Part shown: piece by piece, positions 48,416-57,988 of the stretch | Numbering within the stretch: position 1 is the first letter of the stretch | Layout: each line of letters starts with the position of its first letter | NCBI GenBank assembly: GCA_031379665.1 | Contig: JANNFI010000139.1 | Coordinates: 4,588-68,587 of the forward strand | Length of the DNA stretch: 64,000 nt | From: Ignavibacteria bacterium | GTDB taxonomy: Bacteria > Bacteroidota > Ignavibacteria > UBA10030 > SZUA-254 | Direction: 5' to 3' | Made by a program: the position numbers and the translations under genes | Notes under the pieces: generated by a model | The model's database searches: none | What the model saw: only the letters and a program-made list of their open reading frames with translations | What the model was told of the DNA's origin: nothing

Positions 48416-49216
48416 ATGAACACACCGATCCCCATACCGTCCGGAAAATTCAAGGCAGCACGTCTGCTCCTGAACAAAAAGCATCGTCTCGAGACGGGGA
48501 CTTGCCTGATCGAAGGGAAACGGTTCGTCGCGGAGGCGCTCGGCCGGCCGGGCATCGTCGAATACATCCTGGTGACCCGCCGCTTCGCCCAGACGCCCGA
48601 GGGTGTTGAGTTCCTGGCCGGAGCCGGACGCCCGGATCTTCCGGCCTATTTCATCACCGAACAACAGCTAGGGCAGCTCGCCGACACCGTCACGTCCCAG
48701 GGTGTCCTCGCGGCCATTCGCCTCCCCGCTGCCGACCACTCGGAGATCCTCAGGATGAAGGGTGACCGGCTCATCCTCGTCGCGCTCGACGGCGTTGCCG
48801 ATCCGGGGAACATCGGGACGATCATCAGGACTTGTGCCTGGTTCGGAATCGATGGCGTGCTGCTTTCGGAACGTTCCGTCGAACTCTCCAACCCGAAGCT
48901 CCTTCGCTCGACGATGGGGGCCGTGTTCCACCTCCCGATTGCAACCGGCGTCAATCTCGCCGGGATGATCCCCGTCCTCAGGGCGCGGGGTTTCAGGATA
49001 CTGGCCGCGGAAGCCGGCGGGGAGCCCGCGGGGTCCCTCCTGCGCGGAGGTGGTAACAAGCTCCTCCTGTTCGGCAGCGAGGCGCACGGCCTCTCGCCGG
49101 TGGTCAGGGAGTTCGCCGACGCGACCTTCGGGATCGCCGGTTCCGGCCGCATCGAATCGCTCAACGTCGCCGTCGCTGTCGGCATCGCGCTGGACATCGC
49201 CGTCTCGCTACGGTAG
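48416..49216 (+). CDS. TrmH/SpoU-family RNA 2'-O-methyltransferase (RlmB-like, with N-terminal substrate-binding region)
   Basis: SpoU motifs (LVALDGVADPGNIGTIIRT, ESLNVAVAVGIAL). ATG at 48416 preferred over the TTG at 48407. Confidence 0.8.
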   Translation: MNTPIPIPSGKFKAARLLLNKKHRLETGTCLIEGKRFVAEALGRPGIVEYILVTRRFAQTPEGVEFLAGAGRPDLPAYFITEQQLGQLADTVTSQGVLAAIRLPAADHSEILRMKGDRLILVALDGVADPGNIGTIIRTCAWFGIDGVLLSERSVELSNPKLLRSTMGAVFHLPIATGVNLAGMIPVLRARGFRILAAEAGGEPAGSLLRGGGNKLLLFGSEAHGLSPVVREFADATFGIAGSGRIESLNVAVAVGIALDIAVSLR

Positions 49217-49270
49217 GGGCCCGGCGAAGAGCGGGCAAGATTCTTCGTCCTCCGGACCCAACGCCCGCAC

Positions 49271-49306
49271 TTTGTTTGCATTTCACCCCCTTTTTTCATA
49301 ATTTTG
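49271..49306 (+). promoter_or_regulatory. Candidate Bacteroidota-type sigma-A promoter for the nuo operon (-33 TTTG, -7 TAATTTTG)
   Basis: TTTGTTTG at 49271-78 and TAATTTTG at 49299-49306, about 30 nt upstream of the nuoA ATG. Spacing fits the TTTG-N19-TAnnTTTG architecture. Confidence 0.4.
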
Positions 49307-49335
49307 GTCGATAATTTAACTCTCGCCGATTCGAC

Positions 49336-49692
49336 ATGCTCGAACAGTACATCCCGCTCGGCATCATGATTCTCTTCGGAATCGCGTTCGGCGTCGTTAT
49401 GTCGAAAGCGAGTGAATGGCTCGGTCCGAAGAATCCCAACAGCATCAAGCAATCGACGTATGAGAGCGGGATGGAGCCGATCCGCTCGGCCCGGGAGCGC
49501 GTTTCGGTGAAATACTATATGGTGGCGATGCTGTTCATCATCTTCGACATCGAGGTGGTGTTCCTCTATCCCTGGGCCGTGAACTTCAGGGACCTCGGGA
49601 TGTTCGGCCTCGTCGAAATGTTCATCTTCATCAGCCTCCTGATGGTCGGCTTCGTGTACGTGTGGAGAAAAGGGGCCCTCAAATGGGATTGA
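49336..49692 (+). CDS. nuoA: NADH-quinone oxidoreductase subunit A
   Basis: Three TM helices. Typical NuoA sequence (ESGMEP, YPWA). Confidence 0.9.
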   Translation: MLEQYIPLGIMILFGIAFGVVMSKASEWLGPKNPNSIKQSTYESGMEPIRSARERVSVKYYMVAMLFIIFDIEVVFLYPWAVNFRDLGMFGLVEMFIFISLLMVGFVYVWRKGALKWD

Positions 49693-50210
49693 ATTCCGCG
49701 ACGGAAGGGTTCATCACTACCAAGATCGACGACATCGTCGGGTGGGCCCGGAAAAATTCGCTCTGGCCGATGCCGATGGGAATTTCCTGCTGTGCCATCG
49801 AGATGATGGCGTTCGCCGGCCCGCGGTACGACGTTGCCCGCTTCGGCTCGGAGGCGTTCCGCTTCTCACCCCGTCAGAGCGACCTGATGATCGTCGCCGG
49901 CACCGTCACCTACAAGATGTCCCACGTGGTCCGGAAGATCTACGACCAGATGCCCGACCCGAAATGGGTGATCGCCATGGGTGCGTGCACCTCGACCGGG
50001 GGGATGTACCGATCCTACTCCGTCGTCCAGGGGATCGACCAGTTCGTCCCGGTGGATGTGTATGTGGCGGGCTGCCCCCCGAGGCCCGACAACCTGCTCC
50101 AGGGGCTGATCGAGATCCAGAAAAAAATTACGCGTGGCGAGAAGCCGGGACAGGCGGAAAAAGTGTACATCGAGAACGAAAGGGTCCTTTCTGAACGACC
50201 TCATTCTTGA
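49683..50210 (+). CDS. nuoB: NADH-quinone oxidoreductase subunit B
   Basis: [15 protein letters not shown] and GCPPRP Fe-S ligands. ATG at 49683 overlaps the nuoA stop. Confidence 0.9.
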   Translation: MGLNSATEGFITTKIDDIVGWARKNSLWPMPMGISCCAIEMMAFAGPRYDVARFGSEAFRFSPRQSDLMIVAGTVTYKMSHVVRKIYDQMPDPKWVIAMGACTSTGGMYRSYSVVQGIDQFVPVDVYVAGCPPRPDNLLQGLIEIQKKITRGEKPGQAEKVYIENERVLSERPHS

Positions 50211-50673
50211 AGGGCTCCGGGGGATTTCCCCGGACCCGGTGATTTCCCAGAGCGAGTTCCGCGGAGAATTCACCGTCGTGATTCGGAAGGAAGCAATCGT
50301 CGCCTGTGCGACCCTCCTCCGCGACGACGAACGGTTCACCTTCGATTCACTCAGGGACCTCTGCGGTGCTGATTACGCGAGGCCGGAGGAGAGGTTCGAG
50401 GTCGTCTACAACCTGTACTCGCTGAAGTCGAACCGGCGGCTCCGCCTGAAGGTCCGGGTCGATGAGGCCGATTGCCGGGTTCCGTCGGTGACGTCAGTCT
50501 GGCCGGCCGCCGCCTGGCACGAACGCGAAACCTTCGATATGTACGGGATCACGTTCGATAACCATCCGGACCTCCGCAGGATCTACATGCCCCCGGAATT
50601 CGAACACTATCCCCTTAGGAAGGATTTCCCGCTGATGGGGATCCCGGGATCACTCCCGCTCCCCCGAAAATAA
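50134..50673 (+). CDS. nuoC: NADH-quinone oxidoreductase subunit C (30 kDa)
   Basis: [14 protein letters not shown] motif. Start is uncertain: the ATG at 50134 would overlap nuoB by 77 nt, so the true start is probably a non-ATG codon near 50210-50240. Confidence 0.75.
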   Translation: MARSRDRRKKCTSRTKGSFLNDLILEGLRGISPDPVISQSEFRGEFTVVIRKEAIVACATLLRDDERFTFDSLRDLCGADYARPEERFEVVYNLYSLKSNRRLRLKVRVDEADCRVPSVTSVWPAAAWHERETFDMYGITFDNHPDLRRIYMPPEFEHYPLRKDFPLMGIPGSLPLPRK

Positions 50674-50691
50674 CCTCATCGACGACCGACC

Positions 50692-51936
50692 ATGCCTGCT
50701 GACACCCCACCGAGAAGCATCCTCCAGGCGCTCGAAAACCAGGATACCGTCATCACCTTCGACGATCCCCTCGAGCACGACATGGTGCTCAACATGGGGC
50801 CCCAGCACCCGGCCACCCACGGCGTCCTGAGGCTCCTGATCCGTCTCGACGGCGAAACCATCGTTTCGGCCGTTCCGGACCTCGGGTACCTCCACCGCGG
50901 CTACGAGAAGATCGCTGAGAACTCGACCTACCACGAATTCATCCCCCACACCGACCGGTTGGACTACCTGTCCCCCCTGGCGAACAATGTCGCGTACGCC
51001 CTCGCCGTCGAAAAACTCGCGGGGATCGAAGCCCCCGTGCGGGCGCAGTACATTCGGGTTCTCTGCGCAGAGCTGGCCCGGCTCTCCTCGCACCTCGTCT
51101 GGCTGGGTACGATGGCGATGGATGTCGGCGCTGTCACGATTCTGCTTTGGGGTTTCAGGGAGCGGGAGAAAATACAGGACATTTGGGACCTCCTCACAGG
51201 GGTGCGGTTCACCACGAGTTTCACCCGCATCGGCGGCCTCGCCAATGACATGAGCCCGGAGGTCGCGGCGATGACCCGGACGTTTATCGAAAACCTCGAA
51301 ACGAGCCTGGTCGAAGCCGAAAAACTCCTCAAGAGCAACCTCATTTTCATCGACCGTTGCGAAGGGGTCGGCGTGATCTCGAAGGAGTCCGCGATTGCTC
51401 TCGGTCTGACCGGGCCGCTGCTCAGAGCTTGCGGCGTCGACCACGACCTGCGCCGGGACCAACCATACCTCGTCTACGACAAACTCGACTTCGAAGTGCC
51501 GGTGTACGGGGATTGCGACGTGCTGTCGCGTTTCTATGTCAGGATCGAGGAGATGCGGGAGAGCGTGAAGATCCTCAGCCAGGTGCTGGAGAAAATGCCG
51601 GCCGGACCGGTGAACGCTTCCGATCCTAAGAAAGTCCCCCCGCGTAAGGAAAAGACGTATGGCAAGATGGAAGAGCTCATTCACGATTTCATGCTCGTGA
51701 ATTTCGGCATCAACCCGCCGGTCGGCGAGGCGTACCACGCCATCGAATCGTCGAAGGGAGAGCTCGGCTTCTATATCGTCAGCCACGGCGAAGGGTATCC
51801 CTGGCGCCTGAAGATCCGTTCGCCGTCGTTCTGCAACCTGCAGGCGATGCCCCCGATGCTCATCGGCGGGATGATTTCGGACGTCGTCGCGGTCATCGGC
51901 AGCGTCGATCCAGTGATGGGTGAGGCTGATAAATAA
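50692..51936 (+). CDS. nuoD: NADH-quinone oxidoreductase subunit D (49 kDa)
   Basis: MVLNMGPQHPATHGVLRL start and RIEEMRES motif. Confidence 0.95.
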   Translation: MPADTPPRSILQALENQDTVITFDDPLEHDMVLNMGPQHPATHGVLRLLIRLDGETIVSAVPDLGYLHRGYEKIAENSTYHEFIPHTDRLDYLSPLANNVAYALAVEKLAGIEAPVRAQYIRVLCAELARLSSHLVWLGTMAMDVGAVTILLWGFREREKIQDIWDLLTGVRFTTSFTRIGGLANDMSPEVAAMTRTFIENLETSLVEAEKLLKSNLIFIDRCEGVGVISKESAIALGLTGPLLRACGVDHDLRRDQPYLVYDKLDFEVPVYGDCDVLSRFYVRIEEMRESVKILSQVLEKMPAGPVNASDPKKVPPRKEKTYGKMEELIHDFMLVNFGINPPVGEAYHAIESSKGELGFYIVSHGEGYPWRLKIRSPSFCNLQAMPPMLIGGMISDVVAVIGSVDPVMGEADK

Positions 51937-51949
51937 CCATCAACCGACA

Positions 51950-52414
51950 ATGTTTTCGAAGGAAAATCTCGATACGCTCGACGGACTGCGGGTCCGGTAC
52001 CCGGTGGGCAAGCCGCTCGTGCTCCCGGCGCTCTGGCTGGCCCAGCGGCAGTTCGGCTGGATCTCGCCTGAGGTGATGAAATACGTCGCCGGGCTCCTCG
52101 ACCTGCCGGTGAGTCACGTCTACGGCGTCGTGACCTTTTACACGATGTTCAATACGAAACCCGTGGGGAAATATCACCTCCAGGTCTGTACGAACGTTTC
52201 CTGTCTGCTCCGGGGGGGCGACCGGCTTCTCGACCACGCCTGCGGGCGGCTGAACATCGGTAAAGGCGAGACGACCACCGACAACAGATTCACCATCACC
52301 GAGGTGGAGTGTCTCGGTTCGTGCGGCACCGCGCCGGCCGTCCAGGTCAACGATGACTACCACGAAAACCTCTCAGTCGAGAGACTCGACGCCCTCCTGA
52401 ACGACCTGCGCTGA
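51950..52414 (+). CDS. nuoE: NADH-quinone oxidoreductase subunit E (24 kDa)
   Basis: 2Fe-2S cysteines (CTNVSC, CLGSCGTAP). ATG at 51950, after the nuoD stop. Confidence 0.9.
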   Translation: MFSKENLDTLDGLRVRYPVGKPLVLPALWLAQRQFGWISPEVMKYVAGLLDLPVSHVYGVVTFYTMFNTKPVGKYHLQVCTNVSCLLRGGDRLLDHACGRLNIGKGETTTDNRFTITEVECLGSCGTAPAVQVNDDYHENLSVERLDALLNDLR

Positions 52415-52417
52415 CCG

Positions 52418-53722
52418 ATGGAAGCCTTCACCGAAAAACTGATCCTGCCCGACATCCCGGACCTTCACCGCATCGACGTCTACGAGAAGCACGGCGGATA
52501 CGCCGCGCTGCGCAAGGCGCTCGCGATGAAACCTGAGGAGGTCACCGAGGAGGTCAAGAAGTCCAATCTCCGCGGCCGGGGGGGCGCCTGCTTCCCGACC
52601 GGGCTGAAGTGGACGTTCATGCCGAAGCAGACCGACAAGCAAAAGTACCTCTGCGCGAACGGCGACGAGAGCGAACCGGGCACGTTCAAGGACAGGCAGA
52701 TCTTCGAGTCCAACCCACACCTCTTCATCGAGGGCGCGATAATCACCGCGTACGCGATGGGCATCAACGTGGTCTACACGTATATCCGCGGTGAATACGC
52801 CCGCTGGATCGAAATGCTGCAGAAGGCCGTCGACGACGCCTATGCGAAGGGATACATCGGTGAGAACATCCTCGGCTCCAGCTTTACCACGCAACTCTAC
52901 CTGCACCGCGGCGCCGGCGCCTACATCTGCGGCGAGGAATCGGCCCTGATGAATTCGCTCGAAGGCGATAGGGGGTATCCCAGGGTGAAGCCGCCCTTCC
53001 CCGCGCAGAATGGCCTGTGGGGATGCCCGACCACGATCAACAACATCGAAACGATCGCGAACATCCCCGTCATCATCTCCCGGGGATGGGAGTGGTTCTC
53101 GAAGATCGGCGAGCCGAAGCAGCCGGGAACCATCCTCTACGGTATCAGCGGGCATGTCAACAAACCGGGCGTCTACGAACTTCCCTCGGGGACGCTCCTT
53201 ACGGACCTGATCTATAAGCACGCCGGGGGCGTCCCCGGGAATAAGAAGATCAAGGCGGTCATCCCCGGAGGGTCGTCAACGAAATGGATCAGGGGGGAAC
53301 AAATCGAAGGGGTGAAGATGGACGCGGAATCCCTCAAGGCGGTGGGGACGGCGATCGGAACCGCGGGCGTCATCGTGATGGACGAAGACACCGATCTGGT
53401 ATCGGTCATCCTGCGCATCACCCGTTTCTACCACCACGAGTCGTGCGGTCAGTTCACGCCGTGCCGCGAAGGGTGCGGGTGGATGGAAAAAATACTGAAA
53501 AGGTTCCAGGCGGGGGAGGCCGCGCCCTCGGATCTCGACCTTCTGCTCGACGTCGCGAACAACATCGAGGGAAACACGATCTGCGCGCTGGGCGACGCGG
53601 CAGCCTGGCCCGTGCAGAGCTTCATCAAGCTGTTCAGGGATGAACTCGAGAAAAAGGTGCGCGGCTCGAAACCCGATGCCGCCTGGGTCCCGCCGCCGCA
53701 CCTGGTCTCATCCAAACCCTAG
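52418..53722 (+). CDS. nuoF: NADH-quinone oxidoreductase subunit F (51 kDa)
   Basis: NADH/FMN motifs (GRGGACFPTGLKW, YICGEESAL) and 4Fe-4S ESCGQFTPCREG. Confidence 0.95.
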   Translation: MEAFTEKLILPDIPDLHRIDVYEKHGGYAALRKALAMKPEEVTEEVKKSNLRGRGGACFPTGLKWTFMPKQTDKQKYLCANGDESEPGTFKDRQIFESNPHLFIEGAIITAYAMGINVVYTYIRGEYARWIEMLQKAVDDAYAKGYIGENILGSSFTTQLYLHRGAGAYICGEESALMNSLEGDRGYPRVKPPFPAQNGLWGCPTTINNIETIANIPVIISRGWEWFSKIGEPKQPGTILYGISGHVNKPGVYELPSGTLLTDLIYKHAGGVPGNKKIKAVIPGGSSTKWIRGEQIEGVKMDAESLKAVGTAIGTAGVIVMDEDTDLVSVILRITRFYHHESCGQFTPCREGCGWMEKILKRFQAGEAAPSDLDLLLDVANNIEGNTICALGDAAAWPVQSFIKLFRDELEKKVRGSKPDAAWVPPPHLVSSKP

Positions 53723-54180
53723 TTGTTGATCCCCCCCTCGCGGATCCACTGCGCGATCCCCGTGATCTGGTTCGGGGTGAGGGGGGGCCTGTTCAGCGGC
53801 ATCCGCGGAGTCAACCTCCCATCGATGCGCAACTGCAGGATGCTCTCATCCGGCGACCCCGGCACGACGATTCCCACCCGTTCGGTCAATCTCTGGTAAC
53901 TTTCAAGGCTCAGGTTCGCCGCTGGGGCGTCGCCCGCGTGGCACCCGCCGGCGAAAGTGCACGCCCTGTTGAAGAGCGGTTGGATGGAGCCATTGTAACT
54001 GACGTTCGAGTCGGGGAGGACGATGTCGGTGAAAGGGCCGGAGTCGGTAATGGAGTCCTTGCACGACCAGGCCGCGACGATCAGGACGATTACGAAGCAG
54101 GCGATAAAGGATGGGCTGGCGGAATTGCCCCTCGGGCTGGTGGGGTGAGACCTCGGGTTGGATGACGAGAAAAATTTCAT
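53719..54180 (-). CDS. Lipoprotein with PSCyt1-like (planctomycete cytochrome c-type) domain carrying a C-X5-CH motif
   Basis: Lipobox AAWSC. Domain pattern IQPLFNRACTFAGGCH...VVPGSPDES...MP...WIREGG. Stop shares the CTAG tetranucleotide with the nuoF stop (convergent). Confidence 0.6.
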   Translation of the reverse strand: MKFFSSSNPRSHPTSPRGNSASPSFIACFVIVLIVAAWSCKDSITDSGPFTDIVLPDSNVSYNGSIQPLFNRACTFAGGCHAGDAPAANLSLESYQRLTERVGIVVPGSPDESILQLRIDGRLTPRMPLNRPPLTPNQITGIAQWIREGGINN

Positions 54181-54319
54181 TGAGCGTTATGAAAACATAC
54201 TAAAGTGATCCCTGAAATGCAATGAACGCCAACCCGGCTTCCGCGGTTCCAGGTGTTTGATTCCTTCAACCCAACTTCGTATATTGATCCACCTTCCCCC
54301 GGAGAAATTCAACCGTCAA

Positions 54320-54392
54320 GGGGCTGTAGCTCAGCTGGGAGAGCGCGTGAATGGCATTCACGAGGCCAGGGGTTCGATCCCCCTCAGCTCCA
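54320..54392 (+). tRNA. tRNA-Ala(GGC): tRNA-Ala (anticodon GGC)
   Basis: Cloverleaf folded by hand: acceptor GGGGCTG/CAGCTCC with G3:U70 (alanine identity), anticodon loop ATGGCAT, T-loop TTCGATC, discriminator A. CCA is not encoded. Confidence 0.9.
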
Positions 54393-54506
54393 CTCCACCA
54401 TAGTACGATACGGCGAAAGGGAAGCCGGGTTTCGCCGTCCGGGAGGGTGGCAAAACCTGCTTGGATCCGTCATCGTCTCCTCACAGCACCAACATCGTAT
54501 CAGACC

Positions 54507-54866
54507 ATGGGCGACCGCGTTCAGGAATTCCGTTCATTTCGCGAGAGGATGAACAAGCGCATTCTCTCCGCCGACAACCGCGCCGTGAAACGGTTTTTCG
54601 GCGTCGACACGCTGACGTACGAGGCTGGCGCACTGACGTCGCGAGAGAAGGAAATGCTCGGGCTCGTCGCCTCGATGGTTCTGCGGTGCGACGACTGCGT
54701 TTCGTACCACATCGAACAGTGCAGGAAGGAAGGGGTGACCGAAGAGCAGTTTTTCGACATCTTCAGCGTCGCGCTGGTTGTCGGAGGGTCGATCGTCATC
54801 CCACACCTCCGGCGGGCTGTCGACTATCTCGACCTGCTTGAAGGGAATCCGGGACCGGGGGCCTGA
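54507..54866 (+). CDS. Carboxymuconolactone decarboxylase-family (AhpD-like) protein
   Basis: CxxCxxxH motif (CDDCVSYH). ATG at 54507. The ORF-track extension running through the tRNA is rejected. Confidence 0.8.
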   Translation: MGDRVQEFRSFRERMNKRILSADNRAVKRFFGVDTLTYEAGALTSREKEMLGLVASMVLRCDDCVSYHIEQCRKEGVTEEQFFDIFSVALVVGGSIVIPHLRRAVDYLDLLEGNPGPGA

Positions 54867-54877
54867 AGGACCGTCCG

Positions 54878-56377
54878 ATGCCCTCCCCACGACACTCACG
54901 CAGCTCCACGCTCGCGAATTCGGCGCTTCGCCGCCTCGCGGCGGACACCGGGTACGAATTTTCATTCATCGTTTCAGGCGACGGCACGATCTCGTTCGCC
55001 AGTCAGCCCCTCCTGAGCTCTACCCACCACCGCGCCGACGGTCTTCGGGGAAAACCGTTCACCGTTCTGGTGCGGAAACCCGACGGAAAACCGGTTTCCC
55101 CGGCATTCCTCCGGCCGCGCTCGCAGTCAAATCCCCAGAGAAAGAACTTCGCCGTGGTCACGCGGACGGGTCGCGTGATTCCTTGTCACGGAAGGGTCTA
55201 TTACTTCGCTGCCAACGCATCGGAACCCCCCGGCATGCTCGTGATGGGAAACAGGGTGAAGGCGAAAACGGTGCCGGGGGCGAACCTCCTGGATGATCGC
55301 ACGAATGCCGCCGCCCTCCTCTCCTCGATGCGTGACGGAATCTGCATCGTCGACGCGAAGGGCGCGATCATTTCGGCTAACGTATTGATCTCCGGTATGG
55401 CCCGGCTTCACCAGGACGACATGGTCGGGGTCTCGCCACCATATCCCTGGCTGGGGAAGGATGAAAATCTTCGTCTCGCCGATGCGCTCGCCGGCGTCGT
55501 CAGGAACGGGACGCCTGCCCACCTCCTCGTTGTCCTCGAGAGGGATGAAGACCGGCCCATCGCCCTGAGTTTCGCCATTTCCCGGCTTGCCGGAGGGATG
55601 GAGGGCCTGTTTCTCGCGTCGGTCCGCGACATCAGTGATGTCCACCCGGTCCAGGAAAACCAGATGGCGGGAAAACGGATCGAACGACTGAAACAGCAGG
55701 TCCAGCGTAATGCCGTGCGCCTGAAAACCCTTCAAGAGATCAACAGCTCGGTCCTGCGTTGTGGCTCTCTGCGAACCATCTTCAAGCGGATCACCGAGGG
55801 GGTCGGCAGGCTCGTCGATCACGACCTCGCCGGCATCTACATCTTCGACGGGGACGAGAAACAGCTGCACCCGGAAGCCGTCTCGAAACTGACACAGTTC
55901 TCGCGCCGGCTGGGGAAACTGCCGCTCACCCTCGGCGAGGGCATCGTCGGATTGGCGGCGATATCCGGTGAGACGGCCCTTGTCAACAACGCGCACCAGG
56001 ATCCACGCTCGGTGTATCCCTCTGGGATGAAACCGGAGATAGAACACATCGTCGCGGCTCCGCTCAAAGGGCGACAGTCGACGTATGGCATCCTCGTGGT
56101 CGCGCGGAACCGGCATCCCGGTTTCCACGAGGAGGACGCCCAGGTCATCCAGTCGTTCGCCGATGCCGCGAGCATTGCCATTGAGAACCTCAGACTCTAT
56201 GCCGATCTCGGGCTCACGGCCGGAAAATCCAGGCGAGGGGGGAAAGGATTCCGTTCTCCCATCGACGTCACCCGCGCTTCCGACCAGACCCGCAAGGTCA
56301 GGCAGGAATCGGAAACGGGAGTGGTCGTGGATGCCGACCTCCCGAAGACGGGTGCCGACGGGTCACGCGCGGGCTGA
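54878..56377 (+). CDS. Cytoplasmic PAS-GAF sensor protein without recognisable output domain
   Basis: PAS-like segment (DGICIVDAKGAIISAN) and GAF domain (GIVGLAAISGETALVNNAHQD). No kinase, GGDEF, EAL or HTH domain. Confidence 0.7.
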   Translation: MPSPRHSRSSTLANSALRRLAADTGYEFSFIVSGDGTISFASQPLLSSTHHRADGLRGKPFTVLVRKPDGKPVSPAFLRPRSQSNPQRKNFAVVTRTGRVIPCHGRVYYFAANASEPPGMLVMGNRVKAKTVPGANLLDDRTNAAALLSSMRDGICIVDAKGAIISANVLISGMARLHQDDMVGVSPPYPWLGKDENLRLADALAGVVRNGTPAHLLVVLERDEDRPIALSFAISRLAGGMEGLFLASVRDISDVHPVQENQMAGKRIERLKQQVQRNAVRLKTLQEINSSVLRCGSLRTIFKRITEGVGRLVDHDLAGIYIFDGDEKQLHPEAVSKLTQFSRRLGKLPLTLGEGIVGLAAISGETALVNNAHQDPRSVYPSGMKPEIEHIVAAPLKGRQSTYGILVVARNRHPGFHEEDAQVIQSFADAASIAIENLRLYADLGLTAGKSRRGGKGFRSPIDVTRASDQTRKVRQESETGVVVDADLPKTGADGSRAG

Positions 56378-56388
56378 ACGGGGCACCG

Positions 56389-56517
56389 ATGGATATCAGT
56401 GAATTCCTCGGATTGAATGTCGTCCTGATCGGCGCACTGATCGTCGTGGTTCTGGTGTATCTTGTGACCCTGATCCGGAAGCGTCGCAACCAGAAATTTC
56501 TCCACAAGAACCCCTGA
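56389..56517 (+). CDS. Small single-TM membrane peptide (42 aa), not in the ORF track
   Basis: ATG 11 nt after the PAS-GAF stop. Sequence MDISEFLGLNVVLIGALIVVVLVYLVTLIRKRRNQKFLHKNP: one hydrophobic helix plus a basic anchor, with GC-rich third codon positions like neighbouring genes. Confidence 0.45.
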   Translation: MDISEFLGLNVVLIGALIVVVLVYLVTLIRKRRNQKFLHKNP

Positions 56518-56620
56518 TCCCCGCGGGGGTCGTCACGCGCTCCCACCGGAATTCCCCCGTTCCACCGATTTGCTCCTGTTTCGGTGGGTGTCTATATTAC
56601 ATCTTTTTTGCGCGACCACT

Positions 56621-57988
56621 ATGGTAACGATGAAATTCGGCGGGACATCGGTGCAGGACGCCGAGGCGATTGTGAACGTGACCGCGATCGTCCGGATGTC
56701 ACTCCCCAAGACTCCCGTCGTCATTATTTCCGCGATCGCCCAGGCGACGAATACCCTCGAAAAGATTGGAAGGTCGGCGGGGGAAGGAAATGCGACCGCC
56801 GCGAGGGAGGAGATCGACAGCCTTCTCCGCCGCCACATCACGATCATCAACCGCCTGATCCGGCGGGAAGAACTCAAGAAGGACCTCGCGGAGTACATCG
56901 CGCAGGCCGGCGTTTCGCTCAATAATCTGGCGTCCGGAGTGGAAAAGCTGCGCGAACTGACCCCGCGCACGATGGATGCGTTCTACGCGTTCGGCGAGCT
57001 GCTCTCGTCCAGGATCGTCGCCGCCGCGCTGTCCGATGCCGGCATCCCGTCGCAATGGCTCGATACGAAGGATTTCCTGATCACCGACGACACGTTCAAC
57101 CGTGCGCGGCCGATTATGCACATCGTCGAGGAGCGATTGGCCAAAATCGTTCCACCCCTGCTGGCGGCGGGAAAGGTCCCGGTCACCCAGGGATTCATCG
57201 GGGCGACAGTGTCAGGACTCAGGACCACGATGGGGCGGGAGAGTTCCGATTACACCGGCGCACTCATCGCCAGCGCGCTCGGCGCTGACTCCATCGAGAT
57301 CTGGACCGACGTCACCGGCGTGCTCACCGCCGATCCGAGGGTCGTGAACAACCCGCGGCAGGTCCGGCATCTGAGCTTCGCCGAGGCGTACGAACTGACC
57401 TACTTCGGAGCGAAGGTCCTCCATCCCGGGACGATGCAACCCGCCGAGTCCAGGCAAATTCCGATCGACATCTTGAATTCCCGGGACCCCTCGCTCGAAG
57501 GGACGCGGGTATCGATGGCAGCTCCGACGGGCAGTCCGGCGGTGAAGTCCGTGACCTACCGCAAGGACGTTGCGGTGCTCACGCTGACGCCATTGCAACG
57601 ACACGGCCAGTACATTTTCTGGGAGCACATCTATGGCATCCTGACCGAACGGAGGACCGAGGCGCTGCTCGTGAACACTGCCGAGTACCGGATGGCGCTC
57701 GTCCTCAGGACGACCGACGCCACCGAAGACCTGCGCGAGGCCCTGAAGGACGTTTGCGAGGTCGAGACCCGGATGGGCAAGGCGCTCCTGTGCGCCGTCG
57801 GGCAGGGCATCGGGAGCCTCCGGGGCATTCCTGAGAGGTTCCTGCGAGCGGTGGGTGATCGTCCGGTCTATTTCCTCTCGGTCGGCGCGTCGCCGAACTC
57901 CCTCGCCGCGGTCGTCGACGCCGAAGGTATTGAGGACACCGTCCGGAGAGCTCACGCGGAATTCTTCGGCGATGAAACGCCCCGTTAA
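56621..57988 (+). CDS. lysC: Aspartate kinase
   Basis: KFGGTSV N-terminus, amino-acid-kinase core and C-terminal ACT domains. Start at ATG 56621 or 56630. Confidence 0.9.
   Translation: MVTMKFGGTSVQDAEAIVNVTAIVRMSLPKTPVVIISAIAQATNTLEKIGRSAGEGNATAAREEIDSLLRRHITIINRLIRREELKKDLAEYIAQAGVSLNNLASGVEKLRELTPRTMDAFYAFGELLSSRIVAAALSDAGIPSQWLDTKDFLITDDTFNRARPIMHIVEERLAKIVPPLLAAGKVPVTQGFIGATVSGLRTTMGRESSDYTGALIASALGADSIEIWTDVTGVLTADPRVVNNPRQVRHLSFAEAYELTYFGAKVLHPGTMQPAESRQIPIDILNSRDPSLEGTRVSMAAPTGSPAVKSVTYRKDVAVLTLTPLQRHGQYIFWEHIYGILTERRTEALLVNTAEYRMALVLRTTDATEDLREALKDVCEVETRMGKALLCAVGQGIGSLRGIPERFLRAVGDRPVYFLSVGASPNSLAAVVDAEGIEDTVRRAHAEFFGDETPR

Noticed and set aside
54351-54506. N-terminal extension of the AhpD-like ORF back to the ATG at 54351.
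   Set aside because: It would translate through the tRNA-Ala gene. The internal ATG at 54507 gives a normal-length CMD-family protein.
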